Below are positions 11,507 through 20,374 of a stretch of 64,000 bases of DNA, one piece after another (the stretch's first letter is position 1; each line of letters opens with the position of its first letter). This DNA comes from Dehalococcoidia bacterium (GTDB taxonomy: Bacteria; Chloroflexota; Dehalococcoidia; Bin125). The notes beneath the pieces were generated by a model that was not told the origin of the DNA, searched no databases, and was given only the letters and a program-made list of their open reading frames with translations. The stretch spans positions 224,001 through 288,000 of the forward strand of contig CAXXRD010000001.1 in assembly GCA_963663895.2 (NCBI GenBank), written 5' to 3'. The position numbers and the translations under genes are program-made.

Positions 11507-11701
11507 TTATCCAGTTGGAACCTGGGAATCAACAGTGATCTCTTCTACAGGTTCGCTATCTCTGAGCCATGCAGTGGCCCGCCGAACATTAATCTGGTAC
11601 CGGGTTAGTGCTAGCCTTCGCCGCTGCTCTGCCAGCCTTGCTTGGGTCTCATTGGACACAACCAGTTGCTCCGATGGTTCGTCTTGTGTAGGCGCACTCA
11701 T
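11507..11701 (-). CDS. Hypothetical 64-aa protein, translationally coupled to the Ntn-hydrolase gene
   Basis: ATGA overlap at 11698-11701, GAGG upstream. Confidence 0.5.
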   Translation of the reverse strand: MSAPTQDEPSEQLVVSNETQARLAEQRRRLALTRYQINVRRATAWLRDSEPVEEITVDSQVPTG

Positions 11702-12510
11702 GACGTTTCCTCTTCGTTGCTCTCGAATGGCAGATCCTTAATGCTCTTGTCGACTAGTTCCGTTGGCGGTGCCTCTAGCTGGTTGCGAAGGCCATCCAGT
11801 ATGCAAAGCTCATCCGTCGTCACTGACCGCACACTTTCACTACTGATAATGCGTAGTTCGACGCTTTGGCCGACGCCTGGTGCCAGTTCTGCTTGACGCT
11901 TGGCTCGGAATACGTTGAAGGCAGTCTCGTTGATGCTCTTTGACCAATGCTGGCCTGCCGCGACGAGACTCAGAATTGCGTGGCTTTGTCCACTCCCAAT
12001 CGCGTGATAGCCAATGCGATCGTAGGACGTCGATATACCAGGGTCGGAAATACCAAAGATGTGGGCGCCGCCCTGATCAACACCAGCAATGACCAGCGTC
12101 ACGCCGAATTGGGAATGCTGAACCTTGTTATCGAGTTCCACGGCGATCTCTATAGGAATCTGGCGAATGAGGCCTTGGTAGAATGACTTAATCGTTATCC
12201 CGCGCGGCTTAAACACAGCCTCTTCAATGCGCCTTGCTCGCAACTGGCAGTAGGTGTCCTTAATCGTGTCAGCGATCTGTTCTACGGCTGGGTTCTGGAA
12301 CTGTGTAGAAACAGGATATGCTGACGAAAAGAGATCACCAGACGGAAGCGCGTCGCCAGCGCTTAGGCCGACACAAGATGGCCCTAGGATCTCAATCTTT
12401 GAACCTGGGTGATCGAATTCGAGATCGAGGAACCCTGCGCTGATCATTCTGTCTGATGCGACTACAACAGCGGTCCTGTCCGCTGCTGTCGCCGCAATAC
12501 AAATGGTCAT
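11698..12510 (-). CDS. Proteasome-beta/HslV-like Ntn hydrolase
   Basis: Thr directly after Met (MTICIAA), ASDR, downstream Lys (GSKI), LVIAGVD, HAIGSG; visibly lower GC than flanks. Confidence 0.75.
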   Translation of the reverse strand: MTICIAATAADRTAVVVASDRMISAGFLDLEFDHPGSKIEILGPSCVGLSAGDALPSGDLFSSAYPVSTQFQNPAVEQIADTIKDTYCQLRARRIEEAVFKPRGITIKSFYQGLIRQIPIEIAVELDNKVQHSQFGVTLVIAGVDQGGAHIFGISDPGISTSYDRIGYHAIGSGQSHAILSLVAAGQHWSKSINETAFNVFRAKRQAELAPGVGQSVELRIISSESVRSVTTDELCILDGLRNQLEAPPTELVDKSIKDLPFESNEEETS

Positions 12511-12743
12511 TTCACGTCTCGCCTGCTACCCCACCTCGCCTTCTCAGCACCCTTTTTGGCAATTTCGCGGCGGCGGTCGGCACTCAAGGACGCTGCGCGG
12601 GCCTTACCGCCCTTCTGCCCACCAGTCTGCTTTCTGGTGTTGACGTAGGACTCCTCGGCATCGCCAGTTGCGATCCGCATGCTGAGCACTGCGTTCTCAA
12701 TCACGTCTGTTAGGCGCTTTTCCCCGTCAGGCCCTGTTGGCAT
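12507..12743 (-). CDS. Small basic KGG/GKARA-motif protein of the type found inside IS1-like cargo elements
   Basis: GPDGEKR..DVI.NAV..MRIATG...GGQKGGKARAASLS...RREIAKK..KARW. Confidence 0.75.
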   Translation of the reverse strand: MPTGPDGEKRLTDVIENAVLSMRIATGDAEESYVNTRKQTGGQKGGKARAASLSADRRREIAKKGAEKARWGSRRDVK

Positions 12744-13027
12744 TCAACTGCCCCTTAGTCTTCACCGGGAACCAAAACCGCGTACGACAACACGGTAACA
12801 TCCTTCATTGATACGTACGGCCTCTGCAACGTTAAGGATGCCTAGCCCCGCGCAGCCCTGATCTGGGCCAAGGCGGTCAGGATCGCGGGGTGAGAGATCG
12901 CTGTCAACCCGTGCACAGGCTTTTCAAACCAAGACACTACCCGGCTCGTTGGAGCCGCCCTCGCTGTGGCGCGCGAGACGAATGAAGCGGTGTGACTAAC
13001 AGCGGTGCGCCCCGCCCGCCCCCGTCC

Positions 13028-14704
13028 CTACTCCGCGTCCCCGTCCTCCTCCTCCTCCGCCCCCTCGGGGACCGTCCAGACGACGGCGGCGCTGGTCGTG
13101 ACGGCCAGCAGGTCGCCGGGGGCGATGGGGAAGTCGACGCCGCGCGCGTCGGCCGGCGCGTAGCTCTGCCAGCCCTGCGATGCGTCGAAGCGCCAGATCG
13201 CCGTGACCTGATCCACGATCGCGGCCACCGCCGCCGAGGCCGCCAGCGCCGGTCCGGGCCAGGTGATCAGGTTCGACCCCTCCGCCAGCGAGATGCTGGC
13301 CGCCTGGCCGCGCTCGGGCAGGGGCGCGCTGGCCCGCACGTCCAGGTCGATGGCGGCCACGTAGGCCCGCACCCGCACCCCGTCCCTGGCGCCGTCCAGG
13401 GTGAAGACGGTGCGCGCCAGGCCGTCCATCGTCTCGGCCGTGACCGGATCGAAGGCGGGCATGGCGCTGGGGGTCGCCCCCACGGCGCTGAAGTGCACCG
13501 TGTAGCCGCTGGGGACGGCCGCGCCGCCGCTGTCGGTGACCAGCGCCGCCACGCCGTAGGCGCCGGCCGTCTCCCGCGGCGTCAGCACGAGCTGCAGCCG
13601 CGCCGCCGGCCCCACGATCCGGATGGCGGCGGTGGCCGAGAGCTCGCCCGCCTGGGCCGTGATCGTCACGGCGCCCGTTTCGGTCGCGTCCGCGGCCGAG
13701 ACGTGGGCCGCCGCGCGCCCGCTGGCGCCGGTGACCCCGGACTCGCCCTCGCCGCTGTGCACCACGGTCACGCCAGCCGCGTCGGTCTGGAAGCGCACGG
13801 GGACGCGCGGCACGGGCCGCCCGCCGGCGTCGAAGAGCGAGGCCACCAGCGTGCCCGGCGGCGCCGCGAAGGGCGTGTCGCCCAGGTTGACGCGCCGCGC
13901 CAGCGCCGTCAGCTCCAGCTGCGCCGGGGGACCGTGCAGGGTCAGCGCGAGGCTGGCCGTGGCGGCGCCGGCGGCGGCGCGCACGCGCACGGCGCCGGGA
14001 TCGGCGTGCAGATAGGCCGAGGCGCGCCCGCCGGCGTCGGTCGCGGCCGTGTAAGAGGCGGGCGCATCGTCCGCCGGGGCCGCGGCGCCGGCCGCCAGGC
14101 GGCCGCGGTCCGTCGTGAAGGCGACGGCGGCGCCGGGCACGGGCACGCCGGCGCGGTCGCGCACCTGCACGATCAGGCGCGGCGGCGCCGCCGCGCTCCG
14201 CACCGCGTCGGCGCTGGGGGTCTCGAAGGTGGTCGTGGCCGGCGCCCCGACGAAGGTGACCGTGGTCGAGCGGGCGCTGGCGCCGGCGCTGGCCGTCAGG
14301 GCCGCGGCGCCCAGCCGTCCGTCGCCCACCAGCGTGGCCGTGGCCACCGCCGTGCCGTCCCCCTGGTCGCGCAGCGAGACGCTGACGCGGCGGGGGCCGG
14401 CGGCGGCGCCGAAGGCGCCCCGCGTGGTCGTGAGCGTCACCTGGGTGACGGCCGCCGCCCCCGTGCCGGGGCTGACCGTGACCGTGATCGTCGATTGGCC
14501 GCCGGCGGCGGCGATCTTGGCGGGCGCCGCCTCCACGGCCCGCACCGTGGGCGGGGCCGCCTCGGCGGCGGCGGGCGCCAGCGCCAGGATCAGCCCGGCC
14601 GCCAGCGCCGCCAGCAGGATCAGGAGGAAGGGCCGCCCCCGTCCCGTGCGGGAAGGCGCCGGCCCGCCGCGCGCGGCGGCGTGCGTCGAGGGGCGCATGG
14701 GCAT
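13028..14704 (-). CDS. Secreted Ig-like (invasin/Big) domain surface protein
   Basis: Signal peptide ending APAAAEA; repeats V.DRAGVPVPGAAVAFTTD and FDAGGRPVPRVPVRFQTD. Confidence 0.8.
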   Translation of the reverse strand: MPMRPSTHAAARGGPAPSRTGRGRPFLLILLAALAAGLILALAPAAAEAAPPTVRAVEAAPAKIAAAGGQSTITVTVSPGTGAAAVTQVTLTTTRGAFGAAAGPRRVSVSLRDQGDGTAVATATLVGDGRLGAAALTASAGASARSTTVTFVGAPATTTFETPSADAVRSAAAPPRLIVQVRDRAGVPVPGAAVAFTTDRGRLAAGAAAPADDAPASYTAATDAGGRASAYLHADPGAVRVRAAAGAATASLALTLHGPPAQLELTALARRVNLGDTPFAAPPGTLVASLFDAGGRPVPRVPVRFQTDAAGVTVVHSGEGESGVTGASGRAAAHVSAADATETGAVTITAQAGELSATAAIRIVGPAARLQLVLTPRETAGAYGVAALVTDSGGAAVPSGYTVHFSAVGATPSAMPAFDPVTAETMDGLARTVFTLDGARDGVRVRAYVAAIDLDVRASAPLPERGQAASISLAEGSNLITWPGPALAASAAVAAIVDQVTAIWRFDASQGWQSYAPADARGVDFPIAPGDLLAVTTSAAVVWTVPEGAEEEEDGDAE

Positions 14705-14883
14705 GGCTGGGGCCTCCGTGCCTTCCTGCCGCTGGAGCAGTCTCCCGTCAGGGCGCCGGCGCCGTCCGCGGAGCGCGGGGTCCGGCGCGCTGGCGGGAGC
14801 CCTCTCCGGAGGGCCGGGAGAACGGCGGGGGAAAAGACGGAGCGGCCTCGCCTGGGCCAGGCCGCTCCGCCCTTCCATCCCGT

Positions 14884-14916
14884 GACCGGGCGATCCCCGC
14901 GGGGACCGTCCGGTCT
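14884..14916 (-). terminator. Intergenic hairpin after the LPNTG gene (attenuator/stabiliser-like)
   Basis: GACCGG...CCCC GC GGGG...CCGGTC inverted repeat, no long U tract. Confidence 0.35.
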
Positions 14917-14929
14917 GCTTTACACGCGC

Positions 14930-15502
14930 CTAGCGCGCGCCGATGCCGGCGCGGCGGGTGACCGCCACGCCGCTCAGCGCGACCAGGGCCGCGACGGCCA
15001 GGGCCACCGGCAGCAGCGGGAAGCCGCCGCCCGTGCCCGCCAGCCCGCCGCTGCCCGTGTTGGGCAGCCCGGACGGCGTCTCGGGCGCGACCGGGGCCGG
15101 CTCGTCCGGCTCGGTGGCCGGCTCTTCCGGCTCTTCCGGCTCCGGCGACGTCAGGTCGAGGGCGACCGCGTCCATGCCGAACTGCTCGACGGCGTAGGCC
15201 ATCGAGGGCGCGCTGCCGTCGACCGTGAAGGTGACGCTGCTGGCGTCGCTGCTCTGCACGAGGATCTCCCACCCAGCATCGCTGATGCTGGAGGATCCGA
15301 CGGCCTCGCCGTCCTGGTTGGTGGCCGTGACCGTGCCGCTGGCGACCGCTTCGCCGTCCAGCGAAACGCTGCCGGCGTCGCCGTAGAAGATGTGCGGGCC
15401 CGGCGGGGGCGCCTGGGCGAAGGCGCTCGTTACGAGCGCGAGGGCCAGGGCGGCGGCGCCGGCAACCGCCAGCAAGCGCCACCCCTTACGAATACGAGCC
15501 AT
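14930..15502 (-). CDS. LPXTG-type (LPNTG-SGG) cell-surface-anchored protein
   Basis: Signal peptide ending SAFA, Pro/Glu linker, LPNTG + hydrophobic helix + RR tail. Confidence 0.85.
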   Translation of the reverse strand: MARIRKGWRLLAVAGAAALALALVTSAFAQAPPPGPHIFYGDAGSVSLDGEAVASGTVTATNQDGEAVGSSSISDAGWEILVQSSDASSVTFTVDGSAPSMAYAVEQFGMDAVALDLTSPEPEEPEEPATEPDEPAPVAPETPSGLPNTGSGGLAGTGGGFPLLPVALAVAALVALSGVAVTRRAGIGAR

Positions 15503-15605
15503 GAGTGTGGCTTTCCTTTTCTATCGCTCTTGTTGCCGCGTCCAGGAGTCCGCGCCGGGGGCCGCCGCGCGGGCGGCCCCCAGACACGGATCCGTTTCGC
15601 TTTCC

Positions 15606-17726
15606 CTAGCCGCCGACCGTCTGGTCGATCGGCGAACTCACGAAGAGGATGTCGCCGGTGGCGATGCTGAAGTTCCCGCTCCGGCCCGGGATGTAGACCA
15701 CGTCCCAAACGCCGGTGTCCTGGTTGTACTTCCAGGCGCTGGTGACGGCGTCGCCGAAGAGGGCGGCTGCCGTCGTCTGCGGACCACTCGCCGTGACCGC
15801 GACGATGCGGCCGCCGGCCCGGAGGTCCAGCGAGATGACCGGCTCGGGCTCCGGCTCGGGCTCCGGCATCACGATGGTCACCCCGCCGGCGCTGGAGTAG
15901 GTCCAAGCGCTGGCGAGCCCATCGGCGACGAAGCGCGCGCGGACGTTGTAGTTGCCCGGGTCGCTCGGGGCCATCTCCGGCCACGCCATCCAGGCGCCGC
16001 TGTTGTGCTGCACCTGGATCTCCAGGGTCGCGCCCTCAGGCGCGTCCGGGGAGACGGCGACCGTGAGTGCGCCGTCCACGACGCTCAGGCTCACGTTGCT
16101 CGGCGCGGCAGGCGGTTCCGGTGCCTCCGAATCACCGATCTGCACCACGATCTCGTGCGTGACCTCGCTGTCGCCCACGGGCACCGAGACCAGGAAGACG
16201 GCCGCGCCGGGGGTGAGCGGGGCGCGGTAGGTGAACGACCGCTGGCCGTCCGCCGTGTCGCCTTTGTCCTCGCCCGCCGTCACCTTGCCGGATCCCTCGA
16301 TCTGGTCGAGCGTGGCGTCGACGACGCCCACGGGCACGCCCCGGTCGTCCAGGACGGTGTAGGTGATCGTGATCGAGCTCAGCGGGTCCACCGAGGCGGG
16401 CGCGTCGCTCGTGATGCTCGCCGGCGGGCCGCCGACGTTGATCGTGAGCGTCACCAGGTCCTCGACATTATCGAGGCTTCCCGCCTTGACCGTGATCATG
16501 TGCGCGCCGCGGGTGGCGTCGTCGCTCGCGTCGTTGGGCGTAGTGTCGCCCGGCGCGCTGACCTTGATCACGCACTTGCCGTCGGCGTTGGTGCCGGCTG
16601 TGAACTTGTCGTAGTCACTCACCGAAGTATCCCGCGGGTTAACCCCAGCCGGCTGGTTGCCGCACGCCGGCAGATCCTTATCCGCGTCGTCCGGGTCGAG
16701 CTGGAAGAAGTCCTTGTCGTTGTCGACGAGGACCTTGACCTGGAGCACGCCCACGGGCGTCTTCGGCGACGTGATGCCGCCGTTCGTCGCCGCGCTGTTG
16801 ACGTCGACCTGCTCGCCCGCCACCGGGTTGCCGCCGCTGTCGAGGATGGTGGCGACGAGGAAGGTGTCGCCGCCGATCTCGATCGCGGAGTTCTGGGCCG
16901 CGACGGTCATGCTGGCCGCGGCGCCGTAGATCGGGACTTTGACGGTCCGGGTGAGTGTCGAATTATCGAGTGTGAACGTCACCTGGGCTGTGCCCGGGGT
17001 ACCGTCGCCGTGCACGCTCACCGTGGCCCGGCCCGCTTCATTGACGCCTGTGGTGCCGGCGTCATCAACAGCGGTGTCAATCTCGCAGGAGCTCTTGCCA
17101 GCGTCGGTGGTGCCACTCGACGACCCGCAGCCGCCCTGGCCGTCCGTGTGAATGTCGCCGAGCGACGTCCGGACTTCCAGTGTTTGGCCGCTGAAGCCCG
17201 TGCCGTCCGCCTTCACGAGCCGCACGGTGATGACGGCGCCGGCGCTGCCGTTTTGCGGGACCGTCTTGGGAACCGGGCCGTTATTCAAGACCTGGATCGT
17301 CGTCGCCGGGTTCGCCGCTATGACCTCGACTGGGTGCTCGCCTACGACCGCGTCCGCGCCGGCGGCCCGGCCGACGGATTGGACGTAGAAGGTGCCCAGG
17401 GGCGAGTCCGCCGCGATCTGGACCCGCAGCGCGACGCCGCTGCTGGTGCCGTTCTCGTCGCACGCCGTGTTATCTGCACACGTGATCTCCGTGCCGTTGT
17501 TGCGGGTGAACGTCGCCTTGATCTTGGTGGCGGGGTCGATCTGATATTTTAGAGCGCCCGAATGGTCGAGCGTCACGACGGTCTGCCCGCCGGCCTCGAC
17601 GGTCCCCGGGTTCGCCTGCGCCAGGGCCGTGCCGGACGAGACCATCGCCCCGGCGACCAGCGCCAGCACCAGCGCGAGCAGGACCGCGACCCGTGCGGGG
17701 CGGGCTGCTCTCATTGCTTCAATCAT
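15606..17726 (-). CDS. Large secreted Ig-like surface protein (S-layer/adhesin-like)
   Basis: Signal peptide ending TALA, Thr/Val-rich Ig repeats, paired Cys, strong RBS AGGAAGGA. Confidence 0.8.
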   Translation of the reverse strand: MIEAMRAARPARVAVLLALVLALVAGAMVSSGTALAQANPGTVEAGGQTVVTLDHSGALKYQIDPATKIKATFTRNNGTEITCADNTACDENGTSSGVALRVQIAADSPLGTFYVQSVGRAAGADAVVGEHPVEVIAANPATTIQVLNNGPVPKTVPQNGSAGAVITVRLVKADGTGFSGQTLEVRTSLGDIHTDGQGGCGSSSGTTDAGKSSCEIDTAVDDAGTTGVNEAGRATVSVHGDGTPGTAQVTFTLDNSTLTRTVKVPIYGAAASMTVAAQNSAIEIGGDTFLVATILDSGGNPVAGEQVDVNSAATNGGITSPKTPVGVLQVKVLVDNDKDFFQLDPDDADKDLPACGNQPAGVNPRDTSVSDYDKFTAGTNADGKCVIKVSAPGDTTPNDASDDATRGAHMITVKAGSLDNVEDLVTLTINVGGPPASITSDAPASVDPLSSITITYTVLDDRGVPVGVVDATLDQIEGSGKVTAGEDKGDTADGQRSFTYRAPLTPGAAVFLVSVPVGDSEVTHEIVVQIGDSEAPEPPAAPSNVSLSVVDGALTVAVSPDAPEGATLEIQVQHNSGAWMAWPEMAPSDPGNYNVRARFVADGLASAWTYSSAGGVTIVMPEPEPEPEPVISLDLRAGGRIVAVTASGPQTTAAALFGDAVTSAWKYNQDTGVWDVVYIPGRSGNFSIATGDILFVSSPIDQTVGG

Positions 17727-18072
17727 TGCTGTTCCTTCCTATGCGGCCGGGCCGCGCATTTCCATATGCGGCCCCGCCGTCCTCTTCTGGGATCATTCCG
17801 GGTGAATGGTCGCTCGCCTACTCCCTTCTCCTTCTCACATCAAACGCCGGGCTCCCGCCCGGCTGCGCCAGGTGGAACTGCCCGCCAAGATACCGCCCCT
17901 GCCACGTATGCAGCAGCATTTTTACATCGCGTTGATAAAGGGGAACACCCAGCCGGGGCGGCCCGGCGCCGGCGATCGGTCCGCGCCCGGGCAGGGCCCG
18001 GCTGCTCCCGCGCCGGCAGCCCGGGGCCGCGCGCATTTTCGCACTCTCGACGCGAACGCCGCCGGCGTGCTG

Positions 18073-18390
18073 GCGCTGCATTGCCTGGACCTGGCTCGAG
18101 CGGGATGCTTGACGCGGGCGGCGGGCGGGCGGGAGACTGGCGGAGTGAGCCGGTCGGGTTGCTAGCCCGCAAGCGCTCCGGGGTTCGACACTGGCCTAGT
18201 GCCTTGCGGAGCGCGCCCGGCTCGCATCCATCCTATCCAAGTCCCTCGGGGATCCCTGCTCAAGCGGCGGGGATCGCTCCCAACCGCGTACGCTCTCTTT
18301 AACGATTGGCGCCCATCCCGCGCCGCCCTCCCCGGCCGCCGGCCGCCGCCAGCGCTGCAAACGGGAGCCCGCGCGGCCCGGCGACGCGGA
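18073..18390 (+). repeat. Dispersed non-coding repeat, copy 1 (promoter-like TTGACG-N18-GAGACT + hairpin + conserved tail)
   Basis: 5' part near-identical to 18391 onward (offset 318); 3' part near-identical to 19370-19525. Confidence 0.9.
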
Positions 18391-18577
18391 GCGCTGCATT
18401 GCCTGGACCTGGCTCGAGCGGGATGCTTGACGCGGGCTGCGGGCGGGAGAGAGACTGAGCGCACGACCGGAGCGACGCCGCGTTGGCCTAGTGCGTAGGG
18501 ACGGCGCCGCATCCGGCCGTGCTCCCGCATCCTAATCCAAGTTCTCCCTCGGGGACCCCTGCTCAAGCGACGGGGAT
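18391..18577 (+). repeat. Repeat copy 2 (tandem, 3'-truncated)
   Basis: GCGCTGCATTGCCTGGACCTGGCTCGAGCGGGATGCTTGACGCGGGC identical to copy 1. Confidence 0.9.
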
Positions 18578-18620
18578 TATAACCCTAACTTGACGTGACG
18601 CTTGGCATACTCTGGTCTCC

Positions 18621-18728
18621 CCCGCGCTGAGACCCGCAGTTCGATGCTGAGTGGAGCCATGCTCCCTTGTGGCTCGAACTGTGGAATGGTCTCAGCAATT
18701 ACTCCGCTCACGCGGCAAGGGAGCACCT
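18621..18728 (+). ncRNA. Candidate structured 5' leader with loop-to-RBS pairing
   Basis: Nested stems 18626-34/18688-96, 18635-42/18676-83, 18654-59/18670-75; loop 18660-69 is the exact complement of 18716-25. Confidence 0.6.
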
Positions 18729-18947
18729 ATGGCCGAGCCGACAGAACAGCAACCGTACCGGCGCGTGACCGTGCGCCAATCTGTCTTTGCGATCGCCGTC
18801 ATGGTGATCGTCGTGGTCGTGCTGATGGGAATCGCGTCGGCGGCCTTCGACTTGCGAAGCGATCTGAGTCTGGTCGTGGTCGCGACCACCTTCACGGCCG
18901 GCGGCGTGTGGGCCCACGTTCTGCTCTCCACCTACGCGCGGCGGTAA
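18729..18947 (+). CDS. 72-aa two-TM small membrane protein
   Basis: AAGGGAG RBS, two hydrophobic helices, ARR C-terminus. Confidence 0.75.
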   Translation: MAEPTEQQPYRRVTVRQSVFAIAVMVIVVVVLMGIASAAFDLRSDLSLVVVATTFTAGGVWAHVLLSTYARR

Positions 18948-19014
18948 CCCTTGCGCGCCGGTGTAACATCCCCGGCACGTAACGCTATAATTGCTCCGCA
19001 AGGAGACCACCACG

Positions 19015-19282
19015 ATGACTACCACGCGCGAGACGCTGGAAGCGCACGATCTTGACCATTGAAGCTCTGGCGGCGGAGATGCGTGAGCAGTTCGAGTACG
19101 TCCGATCAGAGTTCGATATCGTCGGCCAACATCTCCGCCGTCTCAACACCAAGATCGACGACACGGAGCACCGGTTGACCGCCAAGATCGACGACACGGA
19201 GCACCGGTTGACCGCCAAGATCGATGATGCGCTGGCGACCATTCAGATGGAGATCAGCGCACTAAGTAGCCAGTTGGACTAA
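19015..19282 (+). CDS. Small coiled-coil protein with 11-residue repeats; apparent +1 frameshift near 19040
   Basis: TATAAT at 18986, AAGGAG RBS, ATG 19015 is out of frame by 1 with ORF 19052-19282; 33-bp tandem repeat KIDDTEHRLTA. Confidence 0.6.
19149..19225 (+). repeat. 33-bp coding tandem repeat (about 2.3 copies)
   Basis: CCAAGATCGACGACACGGAGCACCGGTTGACCG at 19149 and 19182, partial at 19215. Confidence 0.9.
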
Positions 19283-19309
19283 GTTCACCGGAGGCGACCG
19301 ATGTCCGAT

Positions 19310-19525
19310 CCGGAGCAGCCAGCACCGAGCCCTAACAAAGTCCAAGGCGACGCTCGGCCGTGCTCCCTCATCCTCTCCAAGTTCTCCTGCGGGGACCCCT
19401 GCTCAAGCGACGGGGACCGCTCCCAAACCGCGTACGCTCTTTAACGATTGGCGCCCATCCCGCGCCGCCCTCCCCGGCCGCCGGCCGCCGCCAGCGCTGC
19501 AAACGGGCGCCCGCGCGGCCCGGCC
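19310..19525 (+). repeat. Repeat copy 3 (divergent hairpin + conserved tail)
   Basis: CGGCCGTGCTCCC...GGGGACCCCTGCTCAAGCGACGGGGA...AACGATTGGCGCCCATCCCG matches copies 1 and 2. Confidence 0.85.
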
Positions 19526-19825
19526 GCACGACCTGCGCCGCCTGGATGGCAAAGCCCGCTTGACATCCCCCGGCGCCGCTGCGATCGTCCCGGCGCGGTG
19601 GCGCGGCTTCTCTCTCAATGCGGGCGCCGCCCGTCCCCTCGCCGGCTCCGGGCTGGGGCGTACGAGGGGGCCGATCCGCACGCTCCACTTGTGGGCGCGC
19701 CCCCCGCTTGACCGCTTGCGCGTTCCGCGGCGGGAGGGGGGCGCGTCGGGGCGTCCCCGCCGCCGCCACGCGGGCCGCGCAGGTGCTACGCTGCGAGCGG
19801 AGCCGCGACGGGAGGCACGGGAGCG

Positions 19826-20008
19826 ATGGCGGAGCCGCACGATTACGCGACGCAGGCCGATCTGGACGCGCTGCGCGCGGAGGTGGCGCGGATCGCGGCG
19901 GAGGTGCGGGCGGCGATCGCCGAGGCGCATGGGGATACGAAGGCGCAGATCGATGTCGCCATTCTGAGCCTGAGCGAGCTCATCGGGATGCCCGGCGACT
20001 CGGACTGA
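19826..20008 (+). CDS. Small helical hypothetical protein
   Basis: GGGAG RBS; YATQADLDALRAEV resembles the ATKxDL motif of DUF1640-like proteins. Confidence 0.65.
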   Translation: MAEPHDYATQADLDALRAEVARIAAEVRAAIAEAHGDTKAQIDVAILSLSELIGMPGDSD

Positions 20009-20095
20009 CCGGGCGGGCGGGGGATGCGGCTCCGGGACCGGGAGCTGGCGGCCTAGTAGTTCGGCGAGGGGCGCTGGAACGCGGTCAGCACATCA

Positions 20096-20374
20096 TCACT
20101 TGGCAGCCCGGATCTCCTCCTTGACCTGGGCGACCCCTTCATCCTTCGCTTCCTCGATCTGCACCTCCACCGCGCCAAGTTTCTCGGAGATCTCGATCCG
20201 CAATGCTCGGATGTCCCCGCGGAGCTCCTGGCGCAATGTCTCGATCGAGGCTTCCTGCTGCTCCACGACGGACAGCACGCGAAGAAGGTTGTTGGACAGC
20301 ACGTCAACGAAGGCCGTCTTGTAGGCCTCGATCGCACGATCAAGCTCTTCGCGTGTTACGTACTCTTGCGCCAT
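20096..20374 (-). CDS. Small coiled-coil hypothetical protein
   Basis: MAQEYVTREEL...; GAGGG RBS; upstream TTGACA-N16-GACAAT. Confidence 0.7.
   Translation of the reverse strand: MAQEYVTREELDRAIEAYKTAFVDVLSNNLLRVLSVVEQQEASIETLRQELRGDIRALRIEISEKLGAVEVQIEEAKDEGVAQVKEEIRAAK

Larger units (their letters stand above)
11470..12941. mobile_element. Remnant of an IS1-like cargo-carrying element (one terminus, no transposase)
   Basis: 12921-12941 reads GGTAGTGTCTTGGTTTGAAAA on the minus strand and lies at the end of the lower-GC block; left end not found. Confidence 0.55.

Noticed and set aside
12992-17552. Long + strand ORFs (892 aa, 720 aa) opposite the surface operon
   Set aside because: Antisense shadows; the minus-strand frames have signal peptides and Ig motifs
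18165-18200. GGGGTTCGAC resembling a tRNA T-loop
   Set aside because: No cloverleaf or acceptor stem could be built
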